From assembly GCA_030141605.1 (NCBI GenBank), contig JAQGDQ010000002.1, positions 744,001 to 808,000 on the forward strand: 64,000 bases of DNA, in the 5' to 3' direction. Both the position numbers and the translations under genes were made by a program. This DNA is from Tubiluchus corallicola (lineage: Eukaryota; Animalia; Priapulida). Below are positions 13,250 to 53,229 of this stretch, in pieces (positions within the stretch are counted from its first letter, which is position 1; every line of letters begins with the position of its first letter). The notes beneath the pieces were generated by a model. The model was not told the DNA's origin, made no database searches, and saw only the letters and a list, made by a program, of their open reading frames with translations.

Positions 13250-14937
13250 TCATTTCCTCATAGAGACTGTACACCGCATGCTAAGAAGCTAGTATTATGA
13301 TATAAAGTCAGTCTATTTTCTATATTTATTTATCAAATCGATTAGAAATAATCATTTGATCTGTTTTTACTTCTTATTAAATGAAAAATTCATGTTCCCA
13401 TTGTGTACAAAATGAATTATTGATCTATAGTGTCATATAGTGGTCCTCTTGGCTCTTCAAAATTTAATTTGAACTGAATCTAACCCCAGAATATGGCTTA
13501 CTTGTACTGCATTCGTTAAAGTTTTGTTGCAGTCAATCTTATTAATTTTGGTCACATCACCTTGAATACTACTTGTAAAGGCATTACACACAAAGTACAA
13601 TTATCCAGTAAAATATTGCTCCGTTTGTAATTGCTAGCAGTGGGACAAACTGCCTGTAATCAAACTTATGAGATGGAAAACTCATTTTAAATAGTCTATA
13701 TGCTTACAAAACAGTCTGGTTTCCAATTCCTCATTGTTAGCAACATAACATGACAAATGGGAAATACATCATGGGCATTCCTACTGTTAAAAGTTGTATA
13801 TGTATTTCAGTTTGTTGCATTGTCAACATGTACAAACATCTTCTTGTTGTTGTGCTCTTTGCAGCATTATTCTGTATGTTAATTACCCGTGTGCTGCTAC
13901 AAAACGTTGGTGTACCAAGCTTTTGTGTATACCTTTAGAAGTAAATGGTTTTGTATAAACTTTTTATTGGCTAAATTAGTTCTCTATTCAGTTAAGTTAC
14001 TTTCATAAATGCAATCTTAACCAAGGTTATATAAGGCTGTATTGTAGAAGCATCTTAAATCAGTTTTCTATAACGTTTTCTGTTCTAATTTATCAACAAT
14101 GCCTAAGATGTAATAAATGTTGTTACATCACTTGTTTTTTGTTATTAGTTTTCTGCATTTTGAGAATGGAAATGTTTCTAGTTTGTATTTCAGAAGATGT
14201 TTGTGTCACTTAATTATCATTTCTGAGAAAGGTCTTGAAATGCAGGTTTCGTATCTGTCAAGGTGTAATCATAGGTCCAGTATTGTAGACATAAAGTATT
14301 AACATTTAAAAAGTTTCACAAGCTATGTGAGTTTGATTTTTATCATGTGGTGTAGGAAATTTCATCACCATTATTTGAAGCATTTGCAGTACAAGTGCAA
14401 GGCTTATAACACTATAAATACTTGTTAGGCATTGTCCACACATAACTCTGAGGGGCACATACAAAAGCAGTTGCACCGGCTGGGAATTTTTAGCATTAAG
14501 ACTTCAATCATACCGTCTATACAGTCATTTATTTGAACCGAAATTTATGTATGGATTTATTTAGTTTATCAGATGGTTTCAATTCTAATCAAATTTTGTC
14601 CAAATTCATTGCAACTTGCTTATGCAAAATATTTGGTGTGAATGCCCAGAAACTTATAATTAACTAGTCAGATTTTTCTAATTTGAGCCAACAATTATTA
14701 ATGTACATATTAAAATATTAGTAACATTCCATGTCAAAAACTTTTTGTTACAATACTAAACTGTACGTACTACTGTTGTACAAACTTAATGCCTAGAAGT
14801 GCCATGCATTGCAGTAGCAATTAACTTAATTTCACTTGCATAGGAAAAATGACAATGTTTAACCAATGCTGATGTAGTTAGCTTAATGTAGTTAGTTTGT
14901 ACATTTGCAGTCATAAACATGGTTGATCAGTACATAC

Positions 14938-14970
14938 AATAAATATCGTTGTTACAAATAAGTTTTTATT
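14938..14970. terminator. Back-to-back candidate poly(A) signals for CDC37 (+) and ADHFE1 (-)
   Basis: AATAAA at 14938-14943 on + and TTTATT at 14965-14970 (AATAAA on -), between convergent stop codons at 13249 and 15608. Confidence 0.5.
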
Positions 14971-15607
14971 TTTTTAACATTGTGAGTATTTGAACAATTA
15001 GTCAACAACAGAATATAGAAATACTAATCACTTGGTATAATAATTTATGGAAATTTAACTGAAGTTATCTATTCTATAAATTTAATACTGTAGTACTATA
15101 AAATACATGTAGCAAGATGACAAAAAATAAACTGTGCCAAGCAACAACAAAAGTATGTCTACGAGTCAACAACAATCAAAAGGCATGATATCAAAAAGCT
15201 ATCAGTAATTTTTTTAATTCATATTTCACTTAAATAAAAACTTAAAAATTTTATTAAATTCATATTTCATTTAAATGGGTTTATTGAGACTATAAACTTA
15301 CGTTTTTAATATGTGCAACCATTTTCAAAAATCATCACTTTTCTAATTTTCTTCATGTATGGCTATTAAAAAATATAGTGATATAAAAATGTAAAATTTA
15401 TGAACGAATTCTAAAATGTAAACTCATGATAATACAAGTATGCAAGTGTAAGTGCTATCTAGTTGATAAAAACTAATTCCCCAAAACAAATGCAGCTTTA
15501 CTCACACACTTAATGGCTAACATGCAGCTGTAAAACAACCTTATTCTAAACTGAGCTCTATCTTAATATACAGTCAACATAAATTCAGAAGTCAGCTCTA
15601 GCCATGT

Positions 15608-18600
15608 TTAGTACACAGTCAGCGAATCTTCAAAGATGGAAGCCAGATCGTCCTCAGTTTGCGGACGGGGAGAGAGCTTTGTAACCCTCTCTTGAGGTAG
15701 AGTTCCTTTCACAAGAGCAGGTATGTCTGCAGAGGTATATCCAAATGCAGAGATACCATTATCAATATTCATGTCCAACATTATCTCACGCAGGCGGTCT
15801 GAGAGCCGCTTTCCTGCATCTTCCCGCTTTGCATTGGTAACATCAGCACCTATAATAATTTATACTATTTTCATAATGGCTCACACATTAATTAACCCAA
15901 AGACTTGTGATTTGTTTTTTATCATGTTGCCACATGCAGAGGACACTAATAGAAATCGCCATGTCTGATTGGACAATAGTGGAAAGCAATATGCACATAT
16001 GTGCTGTAAAAAATTTGGTACAGCTGTTAAATATAAAAGAATGATAATATATGACAGTAACTTGTTATCTCCACCAGGAACTGGAAAAGGATTATTTCTC
16101 CACAGGATTCTCTTTGTTTCTCTGATGACATGTCAGAAAGTCGTGGGCATCAATTGGTTACCATTAGAATGTACGAACAATGAATACATATTTAAAATAA
16201 AAATTCCTTCGCAAATGACAAGATGTTTTTCTTGAATCAGGTGAGGAAGACGCAGTTTGCCGGTTAATAATGTTTTAATCAAATTAGCTGCCTTTAGCTC
16301 AGCACTGAATTTTAATTGCAATAACTCACTATTAATAAACCTAAAGGTTTATGTACTGAATAACAATTAGCCTAACAGTTACTGAGTGAAAAAAGACGAC
16401 TAAAGAAGCCAGCCCCATCTCAAAGCTAATTCGAGCATGCGAAATGTAAATATAAAAATAAAATTCTTTTAATAAATCTACTAAGAATGTATCAGTTAAT
16501 GCACTGTCAAATGCAAGTAAGGTTGTAGTCAACAGAGACACACTTGTGAGGTAAGTGAGTCCACAAACAAAAAGCCTAATAGCAAAAAGCGGTTGTCCTG
16601 CATGATAGGACTGTCTAGGATAAAAACGTAAGAGGCATCAATAAAACAAATACGCTGACCAAACATTCAGTATTTAGGAGCACCTGAAGACAGCACCTTC
16701 GAAAACAGAGGTCCTGATGAAAGTAGCGAAAAAGGATTTCATGCTATTTGAGTAGCTGACATGCCTAAAACACATCTTCTAAGCTACATAATGCTTTTCA
16801 AGTTTTAGAATCACCAAAATCAATATTAATCTAGACACAAGCTTAGCTAACCACTTAGCTGCACAACACTCCAGCACCTATTAATGATTATCTTCAATGA
16901 AAAAATTCAAAAAGTTAGCTACCTAATATTTTGGCTGCTTCCAGATGTCGCTCGGGGCACATGGGTGAAGTGAATTTGAAAACTGAGGGAGCAGTTATGA
17001 CCACAGACAATCCATGAGGCTGCAACAAATGAAAACACATATGAATCTTTTGCGCTTAAGGATTGGCATATTATTCACAAAAACCACATACTGTTGTTAT
17101 TTGTAATAAAAAAGGATTAGAAGTTTAAATGGTAAATTGAAAGCATTCTTGTAAAAAAAGCAAACCACAAGAGAAAACTAGTACATGTACAAATGACAGA
17201 ATTAAAAATTTTAAATTTAATCAAATTTAAGGGACTTTGGGTTTTGCATCTAAATTCAGATTTTGTTTTGAATTTATAATAAGTATGAGTTTGTACACAA
17301 ATAATGAAAACTCACTACAATAGGATGATCAGTAGGATAATCTTTTGCATAGTAACTTTTCACTAGTCCTGATATGGGATACGACAAGCCATGGCTGAAA
17401 ACAAAAAAGTAAACTATATTAAACACATTTGGTGTAAAGCCATCAAGTTCTGTTTTTTCTACAAAAACTTTAAAAAAGTTGCAGTCACTCTGAACCATTC
17501 ATTGGACTAATTTACTAAAGCAGTATAACAAATAGAGTACATTTTATAGCTAAAATCTGTGTAACAGATATTTGTGATAATACTAAGGATCAGCTAAAAA
17601 CGCAATACATATCAAAGAAGGAGATATATACACATTGAACGTGACTGCTGGTTAATAGTTCCATCTTAGTAGATTATCCTTTATAACAACACAGGTTCCA
17701 GCCTTGTCAGTTAAAACTAAAAAATGCAAATCAAGAAAAAACCTTACCACAAATGTACACCTGCATTTCCAAAGCCAATTCCTGCAAATGTACTGGCAAG
17801 AAGCATGTGCCGTCTGGCTTCAACATCACTCGAGTCAAATATAGCTCTAGAAGTAAGGCATATACGTGGCAGATTAAAACTGTTTGGATTCACTGTCAAA
17901 ATCGAGCAGGACACAGATACAAAATCACCAAAGATGCAAATAATAACGAGAACCTCTATTTATTAAGCTACATAAAAAACTGTATAGCTCTGGCATGGAA
18001 TTTAATTTCGTACCATTAAACACGAAACATCATACCTCTTTAGAGTTCCTAATAGCTAGTGCAGTACCATGATATGGAAAATTATAAAAGAAAAGAGAAT
18101 CGTTAATTACATTAAATTTACTTCACTCTAATGACACTGACTTAAAAAATACGAGTGGACTTGTAAAAAAAGAGTTTTGAAAATGTACATCATTAACGTT
18201 TGTGTGCTGTTTGAGGAATTATATATACTGTTAGAATACAAAACCTGGCTTTTGACAAACAAAACTCTAAACAATTAACACAAATGTAAATTAATCCAAC
18301 AAAAACTTAATCACTGATATAATAGTTTGCAGAGATTCACCTTTTGCCGTATTTAGCAAATATCCTCAGTGCTTGGAGCGACCATATGTCACTGATGGGG
18401 TTACTTCCTTGATATGCTGGCCTGTTGATTGGGTTTTCTGGACGTGGTTGTCGTTGGTTGAAAGGAATGGCTGTATATGACTCCAAAGCATGACTAAATT
18501 AAAGACAGAAATGTGAAAAAATTGTCGGCTGAGACACAACAATAGAGTTTTCATTACAGCCAAACGGCAAAAAAATTATGATTCTGAAATGGTGTCACTA

Positions 18601-21600
18601 CATTCACACCCAATATGTTTCGCTACAGTCTCTGACTCTATGGACAATTTTTTAATAACTTAAATGATTTAGACATCATGAAAGGAAACAAAACACACAA
18701 TCACAAACTAAACGTTTGTAATATACACCTCTTGGTGCTACTTAGCTCATAATTATGCAGAAACTGTCGATGCTGACTACAAAAAATCTGCATCTGCAAT
18801 CAGCTTGTAATAGCAGACTTCACTCTAGACTACAAATGATTCTAGTCTACGACATCATAACTGTAGGATGATGCCACTTCCACTTTCACAATAATGAAAA
18901 AGTGTTCTGTGATTGTAGCGGAAATTCTCTAATCTCACTAAATGAGAGTTCACGTTACAAGTTTTGACCCATATGACTATATAATGCTAATATTTAAGTA
19001 CTTTCTTCATTTTCCACAAAACTCAATACTCAAAAAGAAAACACCAAAACAGTTACTAACATAACAGTTGAAGCACTCACTAAATTTAAACGTACCACAA
19101 AACATCAAATGCAGTGTTGGCAGTTACTCTCTCTGCCATGGTGGACGTGTGAAAAGGATCAACAAGACCCAACAACGGCCGAATTGCCCGATTCCCGATA
19201 CCCGTTTTAGCCTCCATCTCCTCCAAATCAAAAATGGCAACACCTGTCGTTTCGCTGCCAGTTCCTGCCGTTGTGGGAACTGAAATTGTCAAAGAACAAT
19301 TTTAAATACATTTAAAGTAACTTTATATACTTATAATGTTAACAAGTTCTTCTAGAAGAAGATTGCCACAGTCACAAGTCTCATAGATAAAACAGCTTGC
19401 ATAACATCTCAGCTATGTGAAAAAAAAACTTTGAAATTTTTGATGATTTGCTAAGTTTAATTTACTATCTTCTGCCATAATATCTGTATATCTTGGAACA
19501 CTAAACTACGTATAACTTGAACACCTTGGGACTGGAAAATTTGTTTAAGTTATGCGAAAGTACGAGTTAGACGATGTTCATATGAAAACAAGATGAGTCG
19601 CTCATCAACGTCACACGATACACTACAGCCTATGAAAATGACAATCAAAAATAAAATGACTGGTCCACCTCTACTGAGCAGCATGGTTAATAGAATTCGG
19701 CAACAATAATATTGTGATTTACATTAAACAACATTTGTTAAACCATGTTGTGTGCAACATTCTACTAATGTAATATAAGAAATCTTAGCACTTTTGCTGA
19801 AACTAGCAGTTAAAATTGTAAAGTGGTGCACACCCTTGTGTAGGATTATCTCGCATAGGCTGTTAGGCATAGGCGAGGTAATTTCAGTCAGATTCTTAAC
19901 CGCAAAGAGAATTTAGTTTGAATTATGAGATAATACGATTTACGTGATTTTGGTAAAAGGAAAACGAGAGAAAATCTGCTTCACAAGATCTGAGTGAGAT
20001 GCATAAGAATTCGAGCTATACCGGTTCCAGTTATATGCAGTTTACTGTAGAAAAGTTAAAATTAAAAATTAAACAATCAAATAAATGTCTAATTGCAAGA
20101 ATGTACCTGCTATCAAGGGTTTGACAGGATTAGTAACAGGAAGTCCTTTGCCGATGGGCTTGTTTACAAAGTCCAAAAAATCAGCATCCGGGTGACTGGC
20201 ATAAAGATTTGCAGCCTTGCAAGTGTCCATTACCGATCCGCCACCCACAGCCAAGTAGCCGTCAAAGTTTCCCCTTTTGGCAAACTCTATAGCGACTTTG
20301 AAACTGAAATGACGAAAGCTTTCAATATGCATTATCAATAACCTTTTATGAGACCCTGAAACTGAAATGACAAAGAAAGACCAGGCGTACAAAACTAGTT
20401 TGCACTTTGCAGCACAGAAAAAACAGAAAGTGTGACAAAACAAAATCTAATGCAAAATGTTGTAGCACATTTAGCTGTGACACAAAGCTGTTAAAGCTAC
20501 CACTCTAGAAATTTGCTGAATGAGAAATCTGCTCCATCGCCTACACCTGTCAATCTCAAAACTTTAACTACTGCGTGCTTTGTGAGAGTCTGGTATTTAC
20601 ACCTAAACCTACACCTTGATTCTGTGAAGTTAGCTTGAAATATAATGAACTGTCAGCATAGACAATTTCACTGTAGTACTGGATCTCAAATCACTATAGC
20701 AAACATACTGCACATAGCAAAAATACTAAAAAGCTAAGCTAGTTTGTTAGTGTTTTCTGATACCTAGAATCTGTTGGCTCAATACGCACGTCTTCAAAAA
20801 TGCTGAAATTGACTTTATGTGCAGAGAGTGACTCGAGAGCTGCCTTCACTGGTGGAAGCTTTGCCATTAGCGGATCTGTCATTACGCACACATTCTTGGT
20901 ACCCAAGTTTTTGAAGTCCTTCAATATAGTTTAAATAATAAGCAAAGTTTTCTATACTCAATTTTAATTATTGTTTTATACTATCATTTTGCCTTTGTTG
21001 TGTGTTTATGCAGAAACATGTTCAAGAAAATAAGAATTCCACTTAATGTATACTGTTTAATACATGAAGCACAAAATGTATTTTATTACAATTTATATGC
21101 AGATCAATAGAGAAATGTGTAACGCTTATGAAAATCGGGAAATATCACCACACATATCATACATAACGATCTAAGAAAAATAATACCTTACTTATACACA
21201 CACATACTGTTTTGTAATTTTGTCACAATGACTGCGCACAGTGGTGCAGGGAGGGATACAAACCTCCTACACTTAGCAATTTCAATTGCTCTATGCTCAC
21301 CAAAATAATTGTTTAAGGTGCACGCTTAGCAAATGTTACTTGAAGCTGACACACATTTGCTGTAGGCAGTTTATAAAACTTCATTAAGCTCTTTTTGGTT
21401 AAGAGAGACTAAGCCTTCCAGACAGTAGACATTAAACATTTTTCGCTTAATTACATTCTTGTGGGCATGCCTTCCTTGGCATCCGACTCCCACCAAGTTG
21501 GACTTTTTGACAGTATACCTGCCTCCGAATTACCACTACAGCACTGACAGAATGTAACAGTCAGCATATTAAACCATACTTACCATTCCAACTTCTTTTG

Positions 21601-24600
21601 TGACTCCTGGACCAAAGCGAATATTTGAGCAAGCCATCTGCAAATAGCCAATAGTAAACACATAATAATGTATCCGCCACTAAGTTAAATAAAACACAGT
21701 ACAATCAAAATATACTCAAAATGTACAGTTATACTGAGTAACCATTGCTGTACATGTAAATGTGCATATATACAACATTAAAACAAGCCTATTTATTATA
21801 GACTATATTACTTAGTTAGCAAGCCATACCTCAAAGGCATAATCGGCTTTGGGATTTTGTGCAGGTGTAATTTGTCCGGACGTGAAGTGCCCATGATGTG
21901 TGACACCTAATTGTAGTGAAAAGTTACTAGAAATTTCAAAACGAAAACAGTATCAAGTGCCAATCACGAGAATCATCAAGACGTTAGGGTCACAACATAT
22001 TCAATCTAGTGTGAAAATTTGCTAATTAACATTGCTGTGGCTTTTTTGCTTTATTCTGAGAACGACTGAAGAAATCTGGCCACTAACATAAAAAAATTAA
22101 TGTCAACTGATGCATGGACATCATGAGATTGCAAAAAAGTAAAATGAGCCTCAAATTTAATTTTGTGAAGAATAAACTTTCAAAGTGTGCACTGATTAAT
22201 AGCTATGCCCCTAACGTAAGTTACACAAATAGACAAACAGATATATTATTCAGATTGCTTTCAACAGAAACAAACCTTATTATTATTGATGCAACAATTT
22301 ATTGATGCTCCAACAGAAGTGCAACACAAGCTCTTCTTATAATAATTTAAATTGATTCATGGATTCTGTACAAGGTGTAATAACACTTAGTAATGATTAA
22401 ATGATTCCAAAACTGTTTTTTGAATTTCAACTGTGATCAGTTTCTAAAATCTAATTTAAGTTTGAAAGTTATTAACTTTGCATTTTTTATAGATACCAAT
22501 GCCAACAAGACCTAATCCAAGCACTCTGAGGGAGTGGTTTCACTCAGCAGGGTAGCAAAGGGTGGGGTGGAGGAGACGGTCCCTGAGTGGCATTTCTACC
22601 AAAAAAGTAAAAAGGCAAAACACCTAACAAAATTTTTTATACGAAAATGCAGCTTATCGCATCTCTTATCCAGAGTGACAAAGTAAGATGATAATTAGTA
22701 ATTTAATATCATTGTAATATTTGCAATATAATATGTCTTTGCTGTACAAAGTTTCGCGATACACGTTTTGAATTAACTTGTGAAATACATTTAAAATCAT
22801 GCATGTAGTTGCAAGTTCATCACATATTATTTACATGCAATTTTGTGCGTTTTTAACAATGTATTTACCTCTGGTGTTTGGTTTCTATAACACAGATGTC
22901 ATTGCAATTAGCTCTACTAATGTAATAATGATTGTGATTTAGTGGCTTCTTGGCTCGCCAATGTAGCTTACGAGTTTTTGATAATCTCTGCCAAAATATG
23001 AATTGAAATGTCTTCGTTTGGTATAATTACTTGTAGATCTATTAACAAATTTATGAACATTAATCTCAACTTTATTTTTAAAATATTTTGATGGCAATAA
23101 ACTTTTATTTGACTGGGACCAACTATTATAATGTTCAAAATTCTCCACTAAACGCAGCAACATCTTAGACATTACTCCAAAATGGTTTCACTACCATTAT
23201 AATACTCTATTCTGCGCTAAAATTTGAAGAAGCCTTTGAGCATGCTAGCTTTTGAGTTTTGCAACATACAGTATTTCTTCATAAACCCGATTTTTACGTT
23301 GTACTTAATTATTTTATCAATTCACCTCTGCAAGGCAACATTGCTAAATTTTACAACACCAAAATTTTCCTGCATAAACATTTTCATCAGGGGGAGGGGG
23401 GCAAACTAAAGTGCAGCCCTGGGTGTTACAAATCCCTAACTATGCCACTAGTATTGAGTAACTAAAGTTCTTACTTAATTAACTAATGTAACTAAATCAC
23501 TTAGCCAACATACAACCAGAACTAAAGCACATTTACCTGACGATAAAATGTTTGAATGTGCTGGACATCGGCATCTGAAAACAAATAAAGAGAATTAAAT
23601 AACAAAAGGCTGCATGACAGTGAAGGTAATGCACCTTGCATGACAAAGGGTGCAATGACAATTAACAACATGACTAGAGATCCGAATTTTTTGGCCTTAA
23701 AGGTCCGGCACTGGAACTCGAATTTTCACTTTTAAAGGAATAGTGCTGGAAAACAAGTTGTTTCACCTCAAAGATCTCATCGAAGTTAAAATGTTGTAGC
23801 TTAAGCGATCCAGCATCAGCCTAGAATAACTTTAAAGCATTGCCTAATGGTATGGATTCATACTCCGAAAAGCAGTAAGGCCTTAAAAAATACGATACTG
23901 TGTCCCAAAGGTATTAACTAGAAAAATATGGATCGATCTGCAACTTATACCAAAAGTTATTGACTAGAAAATACGGGTTTGTATCTGGAAAGGCAATGAA
24001 TAGAAAAGCACAACAGTAACATCGTGGGCCATGACAATGACAAATTCAGTATCAGTACTATACAGTGTAACTGAACATAAACCAATTTTCAGATTTCTTA
24101 GGCACTATAGTTTGTTAGTTGAGTAAATATAACAACGACATGGAAATTTTTATACAAAAAAGCAACTACCTATTATTTATTGACTTTTAAAACTGGATTA
24201 AAGTAATATCTGGTGAGAAAATATTTGAAAATTGTATAGAATGTTATATCTAATAAAACATAGTAAAGCACTTTTTACAGCCTATGCATCCACATCTCTC
24301 CTGAAAATAGTCTATGTGCCCGTCTGCTGTACCAGACGTGCATGCATACTTACAGAATCTCTAGAAAAAAATATCAGTGGATCTATAACATTAGGAAATG
24401 GGAGAGTTAAGAGTTTCACTGTTTTACAGTAAATAATTATAATACTGGCTCTAACACCCATGTCATAAAATTAGTGTAAATATAGGTATTTAAATAAATG
24501 TAACATAATACATTATTAATTATCCCGGCATCACTGGTAATGCGAGGAACATATTCAATTTTTAGCGTAATTTTAAAGTGCATCTAATATTAATATCATA

Positions 24601-24881
24601 CACTTAATCACGTATTTGCCCTCTTATATTGCGTCTTGGGTGTCGGACTACAGTGCTTAATGTTCGGGCATCTTCGCTCCACTTCGGACATAGTCCCCAA
24701 CTTGTAACAAAAAAGTTATCGAACCGCTGCTGGACATCCAGACACGTTGAATAATTAATTGTAATACATAAACACATATTTGTTTTGGTATTTAGCTGCC
24801 ATAATGTAAATTTCTAACATACGCAGTTGCAGCGATGTTCCTCAGCATATGCACTACACGATCTCTTCCAAATGAAGACAT
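15608..24881 (-). CDS. ADHFE1: Hydroxyacid-oxoacid transhydrogenase, mitochondrial (Fe-containing alcohol dehydrogenase family), 477 aa
   Basis: Exons 24881-24823, 23574-23537, 21906-21830, 21637-21584, 20918-20764, 20303-20107, 19279-19096, 18493-18341, 17846-17748, 17394-17316, 17019-16923 and 15849-15608 total 1434 nt with consistent phases. Motifs: [83 protein letters not shown]. Confidence 0.98.
19499..20047. mobile_element. pogo/Tigger-like (Tc1-mariner) MITE in an ADHFE1 intron
   Basis: Right end reads (reverse complement) TA|CAGTAAACTGCATATAACTGGAAC and left end reads CACTAAACTACGTATAACTTGAAC. CAGT...ATAAC termini with a flanking TA are typical of pogo-like elements. Confidence 0.65.
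21239..21546. mobile_element. Short CAGTG..CACTG (hAT-like) MITE relic
   Basis: Imperfect ends CAGTGGTGCAG and CTACAGCACTG; no TSD recognisable. Confidence 0.35.
22547..23450. mobile_element. Degenerate hAT-like element relic
   Basis: G-rich left end (CAGGGTAGCAAAGGGTGGGG) and right end GCCCTGGGTGTTACAAATCCCTAACTATGCCACTA resemble CAGTGGCGTAGCTAGGGG-type termini. The interior is AT-rich with no intact ORF. Confidence 0.35.
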
Positions 24882-25145
24882 AATTTTTTTACAAAACAGT
24901 TAAAACAAAGAATAATAAAGACGCATGATTGTGTTTATTTACAAATTCAACGTGCTAGGAATGATTCACCACGCAGTTTCGCCACCTAACGTAAAAGCTA
25001 GAAACACAAAATTTCTTGTTCCCAAAAGTACTTTCGCCCCCTAAACACGTGACCAAAACCAGAGCTCTGTGGTACACGCTACCGCTCAGCTGATGTCTGC
25101 TACATTGATGTCAGATTTGGTGCTTTGTTAGTAAATGCAATGACG
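24882..25145. promoter_or_regulatory. Compact bidirectional promoter between ADHFE1 and PAWR-like, including a likely non-coding first exon of PAWR-like (donor at 25146)
   Basis: The ADHFE1 ATG is at 24881 (-). CG|GTAAGT donor at 25146, TTTTGCAG| acceptor at 25388, and E-box CACGTGAC at 25046-25053. Confidence 0.6.
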
Positions 25146-25453
25146 GTAAGTTCATGTAATTGATAAATTTTTTAGTAAGTTAAAATTGAATTTAATCGTA
25201 TTTATGAATACAGTAATTTAATTAAAGTGAGAGATAAGTAAAAGTGGGGCGTCAAATTACTATGGTTATTAGTATTACATATTACATGTAGTTCATTATT
25301 GCCATTACTGTGGCATTAGTTATTACCACTACACTATTAAAAAATAAATATTTATTTATTTATTTGCGTATTTCATGATCTTTTGCAGCTAGTTTTCGCG
25401 TTCTGGTGACTCCATTTAAGATAATCCAAGAGCTGTTTAATTATTTCTCGAGT

Positions 25454-53229
<27,776 letters not shown>

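Noticed and set aside
16683-16740. Tandem CTGANGA...GAAA motifs resembling hammerhead ribozyme cores (also CTGATGA..GAAA at about 16122)
   Set aside because: Stem II closing bases do not pair, and no convincing stems I/III or cleavage triplet were found.
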